From positions 1 to 31,593 of the forward strand of contig JABXKD010000042.1 of NCBI GenBank assembly GCA_013375475.1: 31,593 nucleotides of DNA, in the 5' to 3' direction. The notes under the pieces were generated by a model that was not told the origin of the DNA, ran no database searches, and saw only the letters and a list, made by a program, of their open reading frames with translations. Source of the DNA: Promethearchaeota archaeon. Its GTDB lineage: Archaea; Asgardarchaeota; Lokiarchaeia; Sigyniarchaeales; SOKP01. Position 1 is the stretch's first letter, and each line of letters begins with the position of its first letter. A program made the position numbers and the translations under genes. Positions 1-8,482 of the stretch are shown here, piece by piece.

Positions 1-234
1 GAATATGGAATATTTGTATATGAAATATCGCCAGGAATTATTGATACACCTATGACTGAAAGGGTTCATGATACATATGATAAACTAATAAAAGAAGGTC
101 TTACTCCAATAAAGAGGTGGGGGAAACCCATAGATATAGCCAAACCGATTGTTGCCATTGTCTCTGGACTCTTACCTTTCTCAACGGGATCTGTAATAGA
201 TATCGATGGAGGATTTCACTTACACCGACTCTAA
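1..234 (+). CDS. Short-chain dehydrogenase/reductase (3-ketoacyl-ACP reductase-like), 5'-truncated by window edge
   Basis: Frame 1 is open from base 1: EYGIFVYEISPGIIDTPMT...TPIKRWGKPIDIA...TGSVIDIDGGFHLHRL, a typical SDR C-terminus (PG.I.T.M, R.G.P.D, TG..I.IDGG). Confidence 0.85.
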   Translation, partial: EYGIFVYEISPGIIDTPMTERVHDTYDKLIKEGLTPIKRWGKPIDIAKPIVAIVSGLLPFSTGSVIDIDGGFHLHRL

Positions 235-243
235 GGGAGGATT

Positions 244-2265
244 ATGGAAAAATTTGATATTGATCTAGAGAATATTGAAATTTTTGAGTATAATACAGTT
301 ATAATAGGAACCGGAGCTGCGGGATTAAATTGTGCTATCCATTTAGTGGAAGAGGGAATTGCTCCATGGCAGATAGCCCTTATAACTGAAGAATTGGGTG
401 GTGGAACATCTTTTAATACGGGCTCAGATAAACAAACTTACTACAAATTATCGATCATCGGAGACCAGGCCGATTCCCCGTTTGAAATGGCTAAAGATTT
501 GTTTTCAGGGGGTGCAATGCATGGAGACATTGCTTTAATAGAATCAACTAATTCAATAAGAGAATTTTTTCATTTAGTTCAACTTGGCGTTTCTTTTCCA
601 TACGATAAATATGGAGGTTTCGTTGGGTATAAAACGGATAACGATCCAAAACAAAGAGCTACATCTATAGGTCCTTACACTTCACAAGAAATGTGTAATC
701 GACTACTTGAAGTGGTAACCGAGTTAAAAATCAACATATTTGACAAATATTATGCTGCTAATTTACTTGTTGAGGATTACGGTGAAACTGAAGTAATAGG
801 TTTAATATGTATTGATGTGAATTCTTTGGCTAACCAAGAAGAATTGAAGCAAATGACTAAACCAATCAAAATATTTAAAGCGAGAAATATCGTCTTAGCA
901 ACTGGAGGTCCTTCACTTCTATACAAAAATTCAGTTTACCCGATTTCTCAAAAAGGAAGTACATCTTTAGCCATTCAAGCAGGTTGTGTTTTACAAAACC
1001 TAACAGAATCTCAGTTTGGTCTCGCTTCGACTCAATTTCGTTGGAATGTTTCAGGTTCATACCAACAGGTTATTCCTTGCTATGTTTCTATCAATGAAAA
1101 TGGTGAAGAATACGAATTTCTCAACGAATATTTTCCCTCGTTTAAAGAATTGTCAAGAGCGATTTTTTTGAAAGGATATCAATGGCCTTTTAGTTCAGAT
1201 CGGATCGAGGCTTATGGATCTTCGCTGATTGATCTTGCTGTCTATTATGAGACCGAAATTCTTAGGAGAAAAGTATTTTTGGATTTTACCAAGAATCCTA
1301 GCGGGTTCGATATAAATTCTCTGAATCCTGTAGCAAAAGAATACCTTGAAAAAACTAACTCAGTAGGGGAATTGCCAATTATTAGATTAAAATCACTGAA
1401 TGAACAAGCTTACGAACATTATAAAGATCACGGAATAGACCTTTCTAATGACCCTTTACAGATTACTGTGTGCAACCAACATTTAAATGGTGGTGTATCT
1501 TGTGATATTTGGTGGGAATCAAATGTTAAACACTTATTTGTTATAGGCGAAATTAACGGGAGCCACGGGATTCATAGACCTGGAGGTTCGGCGTTAAACT
1601 CTGGGCAAGTTGGAGGTTTGAGAACAGCACAAAAAATTGCCAAAATATACAATACATTAATACCATTGACGGTTGAAGAATTTTACCTTGAAATTGAAAG
1701 CCAATTAATTGATTTTTTGGAAACGATAAGTATCTGCCTAAAAAATATGAAAGACAAAGAAAAATTCACTCCAAGTAAAATTCTTGATTTAATTCAAGAT
1801 CGAATGGAAAAATATGCAGGTATTTTAAGATCTGAGGAAGGATTAGAAGAGGAAATAAAAAATATTGGATTACAATTACAAAACCTTGATGAAATAATTA
1901 GTCTGAACAATATTTCTGAGTTAATCAAGTATTTTCAAGTAAAAGATTCTCTATTAACTCAGTATCTCTTCTTTTCAGCAATATCCGATTATCACAAACA
2001 TTATGGTCAAAGTCGGGGTTCTTTTTTAATTAATAGAAAAGAATTAAATACATCTGTGGGAGAAAGGTTAATCTCACTTCCAAATAAATTATCTTCGTAT
2101 AACTTCATAAAAAGCGATATAGATTTGTCAAATCAAATTCAGACTATTTCATTCAAAAATAACCAAATTGATATTAGATGGATTAAAGCCAGGAATATCC
2201 CAAAGTCATCTAATTGGTTTGAAAATGTTTGGAAGGACTTTAATGACGGAAATATTGTTCAATAA
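244..2265 (+). CDS. FAD-dependent oxidoreductase, succinate dehydrogenase/fumarate reductase/L-aspartate oxidase flavoprotein superfamily
   Basis: N-terminal IIGTGAAG Rossmann motif, VLATGG, HLNGGV, LFVIGE..GSHG..RPGGSAL, C-terminal SRGS; GGAGG SD at 236-240. Confidence 0.85.
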   Translation: MEKFDIDLENIEIFEYNTVIIGTGAAGLNCAIHLVEEGIAPWQIALITEELGGGTSFNTGSDKQTYYKLSIIGDQADSPFEMAKDLFSGGAMHGDIALIESTNSIREFFHLVQLGVSFPYDKYGGFVGYKTDNDPKQRATSIGPYTSQEMCNRLLEVVTELKINIFDKYYAANLLVEDYGETEVIGLICIDVNSLANQEELKQMTKPIKIFKARNIVLATGGPSLLYKNSVYPISQKGSTSLAIQAGCVLQNLTESQFGLASTQFRWNVSGSYQQVIPCYVSINENGEEYEFLNEYFPSFKELSRAIFLKGYQWPFSSDRIEAYGSSLIDLAVYYETEILRRKVFLDFTKNPSGFDINSLNPVAKEYLEKTNSVGELPIIRLKSLNEQAYEHYKDHGIDLSNDPLQITVCNQHLNGGVSCDIWWESNVKHLFVIGEINGSHGIHRPGGSALNSGQVGGLRTAQKIAKIYNTLIPLTVEEFYLEIESQLIDFLETISICLKNMKDKEKFTPSKILDLIQDRMEKYAGILRSEEGLEEEIKNIGLQLQNLDEIISLNNISELIKYFQVKDSLLTQYLFFSAISDYHKHYGQSRGSFLINRKELNTSVGERLISLPNKLSSYNFIKSDIDLSNQIQTISFKNNQIDIRWIKARNIPKSSNWFENVWKDFNDGNIVQ

Positions 2266-2268
2266 GTC

Positions 2269-3648
2269 TTATTCTCTATTTATATACTCGGGATCTCTTA
2301 CGGCACACCCTGTTGATTTACCTTCCCTCATAAATTGCGAACATTTTGAACAACTTATGCAAGCTTTAGCTTTGTCTATCGTTTTTCCTTGAAAAATTTG
2401 TTTCGCAAATTCGGGATTCGCAAAAGACATTCGACCAAACCCACAAATATCTACCATACCTCTCTGAATTAATCCTGATGCAAGATTTCCCGCAAATTGT
2501 CTAAAATATGTATAACCCGATCCTACAATTATCATATCTTGAGAGATTAAACTCTTAATCACTGAAGTTAAATATATAATTCTATAGGCACTAAATAAAG
2601 GATGCTCTTTAGGTAATCTTCCTCCTTTTACTGGAATGTCGTATGGACGCGTGATATATCCCTTATAATGGGGATTACCTGCTGTGATGTTGAGAAGCTT
2701 TACATCAAGTTCGTATAATTTATTAATTAATTCAATTGGTTCTTCAAGATCAACTGATGCGGGAAATGTCTGATTTGCAATAGATTTTACTCCAAAACCA
2801 TTAGGATAAGGAATACCATCGTAAGCTCCTATGCGTGAAGTAACCTTAAAACCGGAATCTTTTCTAAATTTATTCTGTAATTTAGTAATTATCTCTATAA
2901 GTAATTTGGAGCGATTTTCTAGACTTGATCCGCCATACTCAGAATTTTTTCGATTATGAGCAGACAATAATTCGCTGATTAAGTAACCATGACACGCCTT
3001 AATATCTACGCCATCGAATCCCGCGTCCTTAGCTAAAATAGCTTTATTAACCCAAATATCTCGAATTTCTTTGAGTTCTTCGTCTGAAATAATAATACCA
3101 TCCTCTCTTTTTACTGAAATTGCATTATCTAATTCATCATTATGATAAGCTCTAATCGGATTTTTTTTTCCATTTCGTTTTGAATATCTTCCTGAATGAT
3201 TTAATTGTAATATTAAACGACACCGATTTTTAAATCCTAAAGATTCTAAAGTTTGATTGGCTTGAGTTCTTGTGAGAGATGTGAGTTCCTTAAAGTTATT
3301 TACATTTTCTTCAGTGAGAATTAATTGATGATCATTTGAGCGACAATCTTCAGATATAGCAGTTGCTTCAAACCAGATTAGACCTGCTCCTCCTTTAGCA
3401 TAGCGCGTATACCGGCGGTAGGTAAGCTCACTCGGCGAACCGTTAAGTTTAGCATCGAATCCTTCCATTGGTTGGATTGAAAGTCTATTAGGAATATTTA
3501 TGTGTTTAGATTGAATAGCTTCCCTTAGGTTTTCAGTATTAGCATTTATAGGGAGGGGGATCGACAATCTTTTTAACTCGTTTCTTAAATCCTCGAGAGT
3601 TTTATACTTAAAAGGTTTAAAAACATGAGAAGAAGGATGGACAAACAT
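2269..3648 (-). CDS. NADH:flavin oxidoreductase (Old Yellow Enzyme family) with C-terminal Cys cluster
   Basis: NRLSIQPMEG, GGAGLIWFEA, LQLNHSGR, AGFDGVDIKACHGYL, EYGGSSLENR, GRMSFANP, CISCSKC..C (likely 4Fe-4S). Confidence 0.9.
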   Translation of the reverse strand: MFVHPSSHVFKPFKYKTLEDLRNELKRLSIPLPINANTENLREAIQSKHINIPNRLSIQPMEGFDAKLNGSPSELTYRRYTRYAKGGAGLIWFEATAISEDCRSNDHQLILTEENVNNFKELTSLTRTQANQTLESLGFKNRCRLILQLNHSGRYSKRNGKKNPIRAYHNDELDNAISVKREDGIIISDEELKEIRDIWVNKAILAKDAGFDGVDIKACHGYLISELLSAHNRKNSEYGGSSLENRSKLLIEIITKLQNKFRKDSGFKVTSRIGAYDGIPYPNGFGVKSIANQTFPASVDLEEPIELINKLYELDVKLLNITAGNPHYKGYITRPYDIPVKGGRLPKEHPLFSAYRIIYLTSVIKSLISQDMIIVGSGYTYFRQFAGNLASGLIQRGMVDICGFGRMSFANPEFAKQIFQGKTIDKAKACISCSKCSQFMREGKSTGCAVRDPEYINRE

Positions 3649-3734
3649 ATTATAATATAAAATGCTCAGTAAAAAGAACTTTTCATTTTTTTATGTTAGA
3701 TAATTTATTATAAAAAGAAATAGCAATGGAAAAT

Positions 3735-4514
3735 TCAAACATTATCTTTCCTTAAGTAGTAATAACTATACGCTTCCTTCATTCCTAAATTTTCATATAA
3801 TTTCATCGCATTATGGTTCTTTAGTTCTACTTGGAGCCAAATATTTTCTGCTCCATTTCTTATCGCCCATTCTTTTATTACAATTTTGAGCATTGAACTT
3901 GCTATTTTTTGGCGCCTGAATTTTGGTACAACAAAAACATCAGCGATGTATACGTAACCGTGAGGGTTTAGAACACCCATTAAAGACCCTATAGGCTTCC
4001 CTTCCAATTTAGCTATCACAAAACATTTTTTTGGAACCACGATCCTATTTGTTATCTCTTTTATTATTTCCTGTTGGTATTTGTCTCTTTTCGTAAACTT
4101 CGCCAATAATGAAGAAAAATCTTTAACTCTTTCATTATGAACTTCGTATGTAAAATCTTTGTTGATATGACTTAAATCTAGATTGCTGACTTGCATCAAC
4201 AAGGCTTTTGTGCGATCCTGCTCAACATATCCACGATTTCTTAAAGCTCCATCTAGTTCTTTTGGTTCAAAATACTCGTGCATAGTGAAAATAGTCGGTA
4301 ACTTAAATGATTTATAAGCATTTTCAACCATTTTAATATCATTTTCAATAAGTGCGCTATTTCCGGTATAATTGATTGGGATGACTGAATTAGCTCGATA
4401 AGTAACTCCCTTAATAAATCGTAAAATCCATCCATTCAAAAAAAAATAATGTTCTGCTGGCCAGGCGTTCATTAAAAATTCTTGAAATCGTTTAACTTCT
4501 TTTGCGGGTGTCAT
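3735..4514 (-). CDS. GNAT-family N-acetyltransferase
   Basis: AWPA..GWILR...RANSV N-terminus; motif A VVPKFRRQKIAS; LQV...N.NAMKLYENLG. ATG at 4514 preferred over TTG at 4532. Confidence 0.85.
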   Translation of the reverse strand: MTPAKEVKRFQEFLMNAWPAEHYFFLNGWILRFIKGVTYRANSVIPINYTGNSALIENDIKMVENAYKSFKLPTIFTMHEYFEPKELDGALRNRGYVEQDRTKALLMQVSNLDLSHINKDFTYEVHNERVKDFSSLLAKFTKRDKYQQEIIKEITNRIVVPKKCFVIAKLEGKPIGSLMGVLNPHGYVYIADVFVVPKFRRQKIASSMLKIVIKEWAIRNGAENIWLQVELKNHNAMKLYENLGMKEAYSYYYLRKDNV

Positions 4515-4580
4515 AAGATTCAAAGAATACAAATTAAAGAAATATCTTAAATTCTTCGAAATTTAAATCATTAAAGAAAT

Positions 4581-4590
4581 AGAAAAAAAA
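4581..4590 (-). terminator. Oligo-T tract just downstream of the tRNA pair
   Basis: Minus strand reads TTTTTTTTCT 3 nt after the tRNA-Met discriminator; archaeal-type U-rich terminator. Confidence 0.45.
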
Positions 4591-4593
4591 GAG

Positions 4594-4709
4594 TGCCGGT
4601 GGAGGGGTTTGAGCCCTCGACCTCCAGATTATGAGTCCAGCACAATCAGTCTGACCCAATTTCGAATGAAAGTGTGTCTGGCGCTATAACCAAGCTAAGC
4701 CACACCGGC
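4594..4709 (-). tRNA. tRNA-Met(CAT), elongator type, with 41-nt intron at 32/33 (intron 4635-4675)
   Basis: Acceptor GCCGGTG/CACCGGC-A; after splicing, anticodon arm CCAGA-CT-CAT-AA-TCTGG; T arm GAGGG/CCCTC; BHB-like junction CCAG-AC|A ... CTGG-AC|T; 75-nt mature; no encoded CCA. Confidence 0.9.
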
Positions 4710-4716
4710 AAAATCA

Positions 4717-4869
4717 AGCCTCCGGCGGGAATTTCCGTGGAAAATAAATATTTTCTCACCTTTGAACCCGCGACCTTTGCCTGTTTGGTTCATTTTCATG
4801 AATACCAAGGCAATGCTCTACCACCTTAGCCATTAATTGTGATATACAAATAATGTAAGCCACGGAGGC
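4717..4869 (-). tRNA. tRNA-Thr(GGT) with three introns (14/15: 4826-4855; 37/38: 4783-4802; 59/60: 4731-4760)
   Basis: Acceptor GCCTCCG/CGGAGGC-U73; removing 30+20+30 nt gives a 73-nt cloverleaf (D arm GCTT-AGGTGGTA-GAGC, anticodon arm TTGCC-TT-GGT-AA-GGCAA, T arm GCGGG-TTCAAAT-CCCGC); each intron is a hairpin with BHB-like junctions. Confidence 0.9.
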
Positions 4870-4902
4870 AAGGCTTAATTTAGATATATGTAAATTTTTA
4901 CA

Positions 4903-4917
4903 TTATTAAATTGTTTC
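4903..4917 (-). promoter_or_regulatory. Putative BRE/TATA promoter of the tRNA-Thr/tRNA-Met transcript
   Basis: Minus strand GAAACAA-TTTAATAA about 35-45 nt upstream of tRNA-Thr; the AT-rich background weakens the call. Confidence 0.3.
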
Positions 4918-5004
4918 TAAATTAAATATTTTTTTACTCTTATCTAACGAAATATTAGAAAAATTATGATTTTTATAATGAGAATAGAAAAAAACAAATT
5001 CCTA

Positions 5005-5931
5005 TTATTCTTCTTTTCTATATATATTTACTTTAGGAACGCGTACCCTTATTTTTGGAATATAGATCTTAGGAATTTGAATGTTTGAAACGATATTCAT
5101 TGATTTTTCAATTACTTCTGCATTTTTCTCTAAAATTTGTTGGAGTTCACTATGTTCTTTTTCACTTCTAAATTCTGTTTTCAATTTGATATTTTCATTT
5201 TCCTTAATAACTTCATCTAGAATCTCAACGGTGCCTGATTTTTCAATAATGTCACCAGGATCAAGGGATTCTTTCCCTACTATTTCGCTTTCAATCGTTT
5301 CTAGGAAATCAATATGAGCCATCCTTTTTTGTCGTAATAGTTTTTGATAACCGTGCATAAAATTTCCGTGAGAAGAGTATTTCCTAAATTCATTTTCGAG
5401 AAATATCCAACCTGTTGAGGGATCGTAAAGCATGCCAATAAACTTTATATCAGAAGGGATTCCCTTCGTCATTTTTAGACGATCTACTTGATTGCTAATG
5501 TTTTTTATTTCATCAACAAAAGTTTTAAAAAACCTCTGAATTGCAAATTGATAATTTACACTGGACTGACCAATTTGCAATAATACCTGGGGGGATAATT
5601 TGGTTCTCAGTTTATCTAAGTGAACTTTTTTCATCCCGCAATCTAAGTGGCCCATAACAAGTATATATTTTACATTGTATTCATGAACTGCGATAAGGAT
5701 TGATCTTAAAACATCCTCCGTATATTGATTGCCTGCGTTTCTAAGAACAAACGCATCACCCGGTTTCAATTGAAAAATTCTATGAACATCTATCCGTGGA
5801 TTCATACAAGTTAGAATTAGTAAAGGAAATTTTGGAATTGTATGATTCAATTCAATTTTTTCATTTTCTTGAAAGATTTCCCACTGATATCTGTTGTTTC
5901 CATTAATTAGATTTTTAATTATATTATCCAT
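5005..5931 (-). CDS. Beta-carbonic anhydrase family protein (clade D-like) with long C-terminal extension
   Basis: LTCMNPRI, LRNAGN, GHLDCGM Zn ligands, GMLYD..TG; the Asp of CxDxR is replaced by Asn. Confidence 0.8.
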   Translation of the reverse strand: MDNIIKNLINGNNRYQWEIFQENEKIELNHTIPKFPLLILTCMNPRIDVHRIFQLKPGDAFVLRNAGNQYTEDVLRSILIAVHEYNVKYILVMGHLDCGMKKVHLDKLRTKLSPQVLLQIGQSSVNYQFAIQRFFKTFVDEIKNISNQVDRLKMTKGIPSDIKFIGMLYDPSTGWIFLENEFRKYSSHGNFMHGYQKLLRQKRMAHIDFLETIESEIVGKESLDPGDIIEKSGTVEILDEVIKENENIKLKTEFRSEKEHSELQQILEKNAEVIEKSMNIVSNIQIPKIYIPKIRVRVPKVNIYRKEE

Positions 5932-6015
5932 ATTCTTATTCTAACCTTTTAAAATATTTTTTAAAAAATAATTGATTTGAAATTTGAAAAAAAAATTTAT
6001 TTGATTTTACTTATA

Positions 6016-7200
6016 TCATTTCGATTTAGTAATATCTACTGGTATGAGTTCCTTTATTTTAGAAAGATCACCGTTTCCGAGAAAATTTTTAATCTTATCT
6101 GAATATTCTGGCAATATTTGTAAGAATGGTATAATAGCTTTTGACAAGGAACTAAAAGCCTCGTCACCACTACCCATAATAATCATCTTATCAGGGTTAA
6201 TGCTTTTAAATATTTCAGGTAAAATATTGGTTAACTGTACGGCTAAGAACCTTTGATCGGCTGAACTCATGGCTTCAACTTGTTTCTGGAAACCTTCTGC
6301 TTGAGCTAACATCTGCTGCTTTATGTTCTCTGCTTCTCCCTCTGCTTGGGCGATTAATCTCGTTTTAATTTGTTGGGCGTCTGCGTCAGCTTCAATAACT
6401 TTTTTTATTCGATCACCATCAGCTTCGATTTGTTTCCTCTCTCTTTCTCTTTCAGCAATAGCAATTTCTTTATCTTTTCTTCTGAGTTCAATTTCTCTCT
6501 CAACAGCTTGCTCTTGAGTTCCAATTTCGTTCTGAACTTCCAGTTCCCTCATTTTAGATTCTCTTTCTGCTTCAGCTTTAGCTAACCTCGCTTTTCTAAA
6601 TTCAACTGCCTGTTTGACTGCTTCCATGTTTTTCTTTAAATCTTGTTCAACAATTATTACCTCTAATATTTCAATAGATTCAATAATTACTCCCCAATCA
6701 GCAGATAATTCGTGTAAATCTTTTTCAACATGATCGATAATCTCTCTTCTTTCTCTAATGATCTTTTCTAATGGCATGTTAGCACATGTAGTTCGCATAA
6801 TTGCCTCAGCAGCTCCTTTTAAGATTTTTTCTATATAGTTTTCATCCTTTTGAATCCAAGAAACCGCACTATATGCTTTCTCTGGATCCACGACCTTCCA
6901 AAATAGAAGTCCCTCGATTTCTATATTCTGGTATTCGCTTGATACTACTTGATCATGAGCTTCTATTTTTGTCTGGTTACTCGTAGTTGGAATTACAACA
7001 TACTCATCGATTAAAGGTAGTAACCAAATACTTCCACCTAACCCTGCTGACTTAACCTTACCGTTTCTAAGATGAATTACAAATTGGTTGGTTTTAAACT
7101 TTCGATATCGTGCTGCCAAAAAGATTATAAATAAAAACCCAATTATTGCGACTGTTACCGAAATTCCTACTATCCAAGGTGAAATATCTTGGAATAACAT
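6016..7200 (-). CDS. SPFH/band-7 domain protein, flotillin-like
   Basis: N-terminal TM, band-7 core (WKVVDPEKA, WGVIIESIEILEV), Ala/Glu coiled coil (AEAERE, EADADA, QAEGEAE); GGAGGT SD. Confidence 0.9.
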   Translation of the reverse strand: MLFQDISPWIVGISVTVAIIGFLFIIFLAARYRKFKTNQFVIHLRNGKVKSAGLGGSIWLLPLIDEYVVIPTTSNQTKIEAHDQVVSSEYQNIEIEGLLFWKVVDPEKAYSAVSWIQKDENYIEKILKGAAEAIMRTTCANMPLEKIIRERREIIDHVEKDLHELSADWGVIIESIEILEVIIVEQDLKKNMEAVKQAVEFRKARLAKAEAERESKMRELEVQNEIGTQEQAVEREIELRRKDKEIAIAERERERKQIEADGDRIKKVIEADADAQQIKTRLIAQAEGEAENIKQQMLAQAEGFQKQVEAMSSADQRFLAVQLTNILPEIFKSINPDKMIIMGSGDEAFSSLSKAIIPFLQILPEYSDKIKNFLGNGDLSKIKELIPVDITKSK

Positions 7201-7276
7201 CTCTTTTCACATAACCTCCATTAATTTTAATATTTTTTTTTTTATTTTGTTGTTAGATTTGAATAATTTTTAGCTT

Positions 7277-7468
7277 TTAACCAAACAAATTGACCAATAA
7301 CCATATAATAAAAATAAATGCAAATACCATAATGATATTAGTCAAAATAACATAAACTAAAGTTGGTTTACGGTTGATTTTCTTCTGAAAACGTTTAGTT
7401 CGAACGTCTTCTCCATGAAAGGTGACATATCGATATTTTTTCTCTGTTGTACTTTCACTTTTGCTCAT
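7277..7468 (-). CDS. Small single-pass membrane protein in the NfeD/flotillin operon
   Basis: 63 aa, basic N-terminus and C-terminal TM; starts 4 nt after the upstream stop, with GAGGTGA SD. Confidence 0.65.
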   Translation of the reverse strand: MSKSESTTEKKYRYVTFHGEDVRTKRFQKKINRKPTLVYVILTNIIMVFAFIFIIWLLVNLFG

Positions 7469-7472
7469 ATTT

Positions 7473-8201
7473 TCACCTCATTTTTTTTACTAAATTTTTA
7501 TTAATATCTACTATAACTTTATTGTTTTTCACTCCAATGATATACACAATCATTCCTCTATCAAAATAAGAGGTCTCGTCATAAGGCATGACATGCATCT
7601 TTTCATACTTCATAGGGGTTGATGATACTATCCTAATTACACCGCCTCTCTCATTAATAGGGAACACTACCTCACCTTTTTTGCCAATTAGATTCTGAGT
7701 AGGAGATATTTTGTAATATTGGGACTTTGCGATTTTCTTCCATACAACGTTTAAATATTTAACTGTAAAATACCCAATAATGGGAGCCCCTATGAACATT
7801 AGGAATTTTAGCCCTTCAATCGTTATTATATAATATAATGAAATTCCTGATATTCCAAACACAAGCAAAAAAGCAGATAATAGTAACATAATTGGAGCGG
7901 GGGTTGTTGTGATACCGATAATATCCGTATCCACATCAAAATCGGTATCGATATCAATATCGGCATCAATATCTACATCAACATCGGCATCAATATCTAC
8001 ATCAACATCGGCATCAATATCTACATCAACATCGGCATCAATATCTACATCAACATCGGCATCAATATCTACATCAGTGTCAACTTCCTGGCCTAGTGAT
8101 TGCGACTCCATTTGAGCTAAGAACACTGAGATTATGCTAAAAAGAAGTCCTCCAATAAACAACCCTAAACATATACTAAAGAATATATCATAAATATCCA
8201 T
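7473..8201 (-). CDS. NfeD-like (YqiJ/YuaF-type) membrane protein with acidic repeat and C-terminal OB fold
   Basis: 3 TM segments, Asp-rich linker, LIGKKGEVV..I...GG.I OB-fold start; upstream of an SPFH gene, the classic pairing. Confidence 0.8.
   Translation of the reverse strand: MDIYDIFFSICLGLFIGGLLFSIISVFLAQMESQSLGQEVDTDVDIDADVDVDIDADVDVDIDADVDVDIDADVDVDIDADIDIDTDFDVDTDIIGITTTPAPIMLLLSAFLLVFGISGISLYYIITIEGLKFLMFIGAPIIGYFTVKYLNVVWKKIAKSQYYKISPTQNLIGKKGEVVFPINERGGVIRIVSSTPMKYEKMHVMPYDETSYFDRGMIVYIIGVKNNKVIVDINKNLVKKMR
7959..8076. repeat. Coding tandem repeat, 24-bp unit, about 4.9 copies
   Basis: ATCGGCATCAATATCTACATCAAC at 7959, 7983, 8007, 8031 and a 22-bp copy at 8055; encodes (DVDIDADV)n on the minus strand. 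Confidence 0.95.
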
Positions 8202-8253
8202 TAATTTTTCACTCCAAATTGTTTATCTTTTCATCCAAAATTGCTAATTAATC

Positions 8254-8448
8254 TCATAAATAACGAGAATTTATATTAATCAAACGCGTTAACTTTTTTA
8301 GTCTTACTTTAATACTCACTTTTAATTTCCTTCGTTGGTTCGCTTTCTCTGATTTTTCTAAATGTCTAAAATCGTTAAGTTTTTGCTTGGACCGCCCTTC
8401 ACTTCTTAATCTTTTGTCCTTTTTCCTTTTTTTGTTCTTTTTTCTCAT
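8254..8448 (-). CDS. Small highly basic hypothetical protein
   Basis: 64 aa, about 27 Lys/Arg; fills the gap between co-oriented genes. Confidence 0.45.
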   Translation of the reverse strand: MRKKNKKRKKDKRLRSEGRSKQKLNDFRHLEKSEKANQRRKLKVSIKVRLKKLTRLININSRYL

Positions 8449-8482
8449 CACTAATTGAATTAGGTGATTAAAATGTCACTTA

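Noticed and set aside
244-2265. sdhA/frdA/nadB gene symbol
   Set aside because: Covalent-FAD His motif absent and no partner subunits; only superfamily-level support
4594-4709. CAT tRNA as initiator Met or Ile2
   Set aside because: It lacks the A1-U72 pair and three G-C anticodon-stem pairs of initiators; the GCCGGTG acceptor fits elongator Met rather than the GGGCCC-type Ile2
7959-8076. Tandem 24-bp repeats as a CRISPR array
   Set aside because: No spacers; the repeat is in frame inside a CDS; no cas genes
7909-8115. Ser/Thr-rich 68-aa plus-strand ORF (SASISTST)n
   Set aside because: Antisense shadow of the Asp-X repeat in the NfeD-like gene
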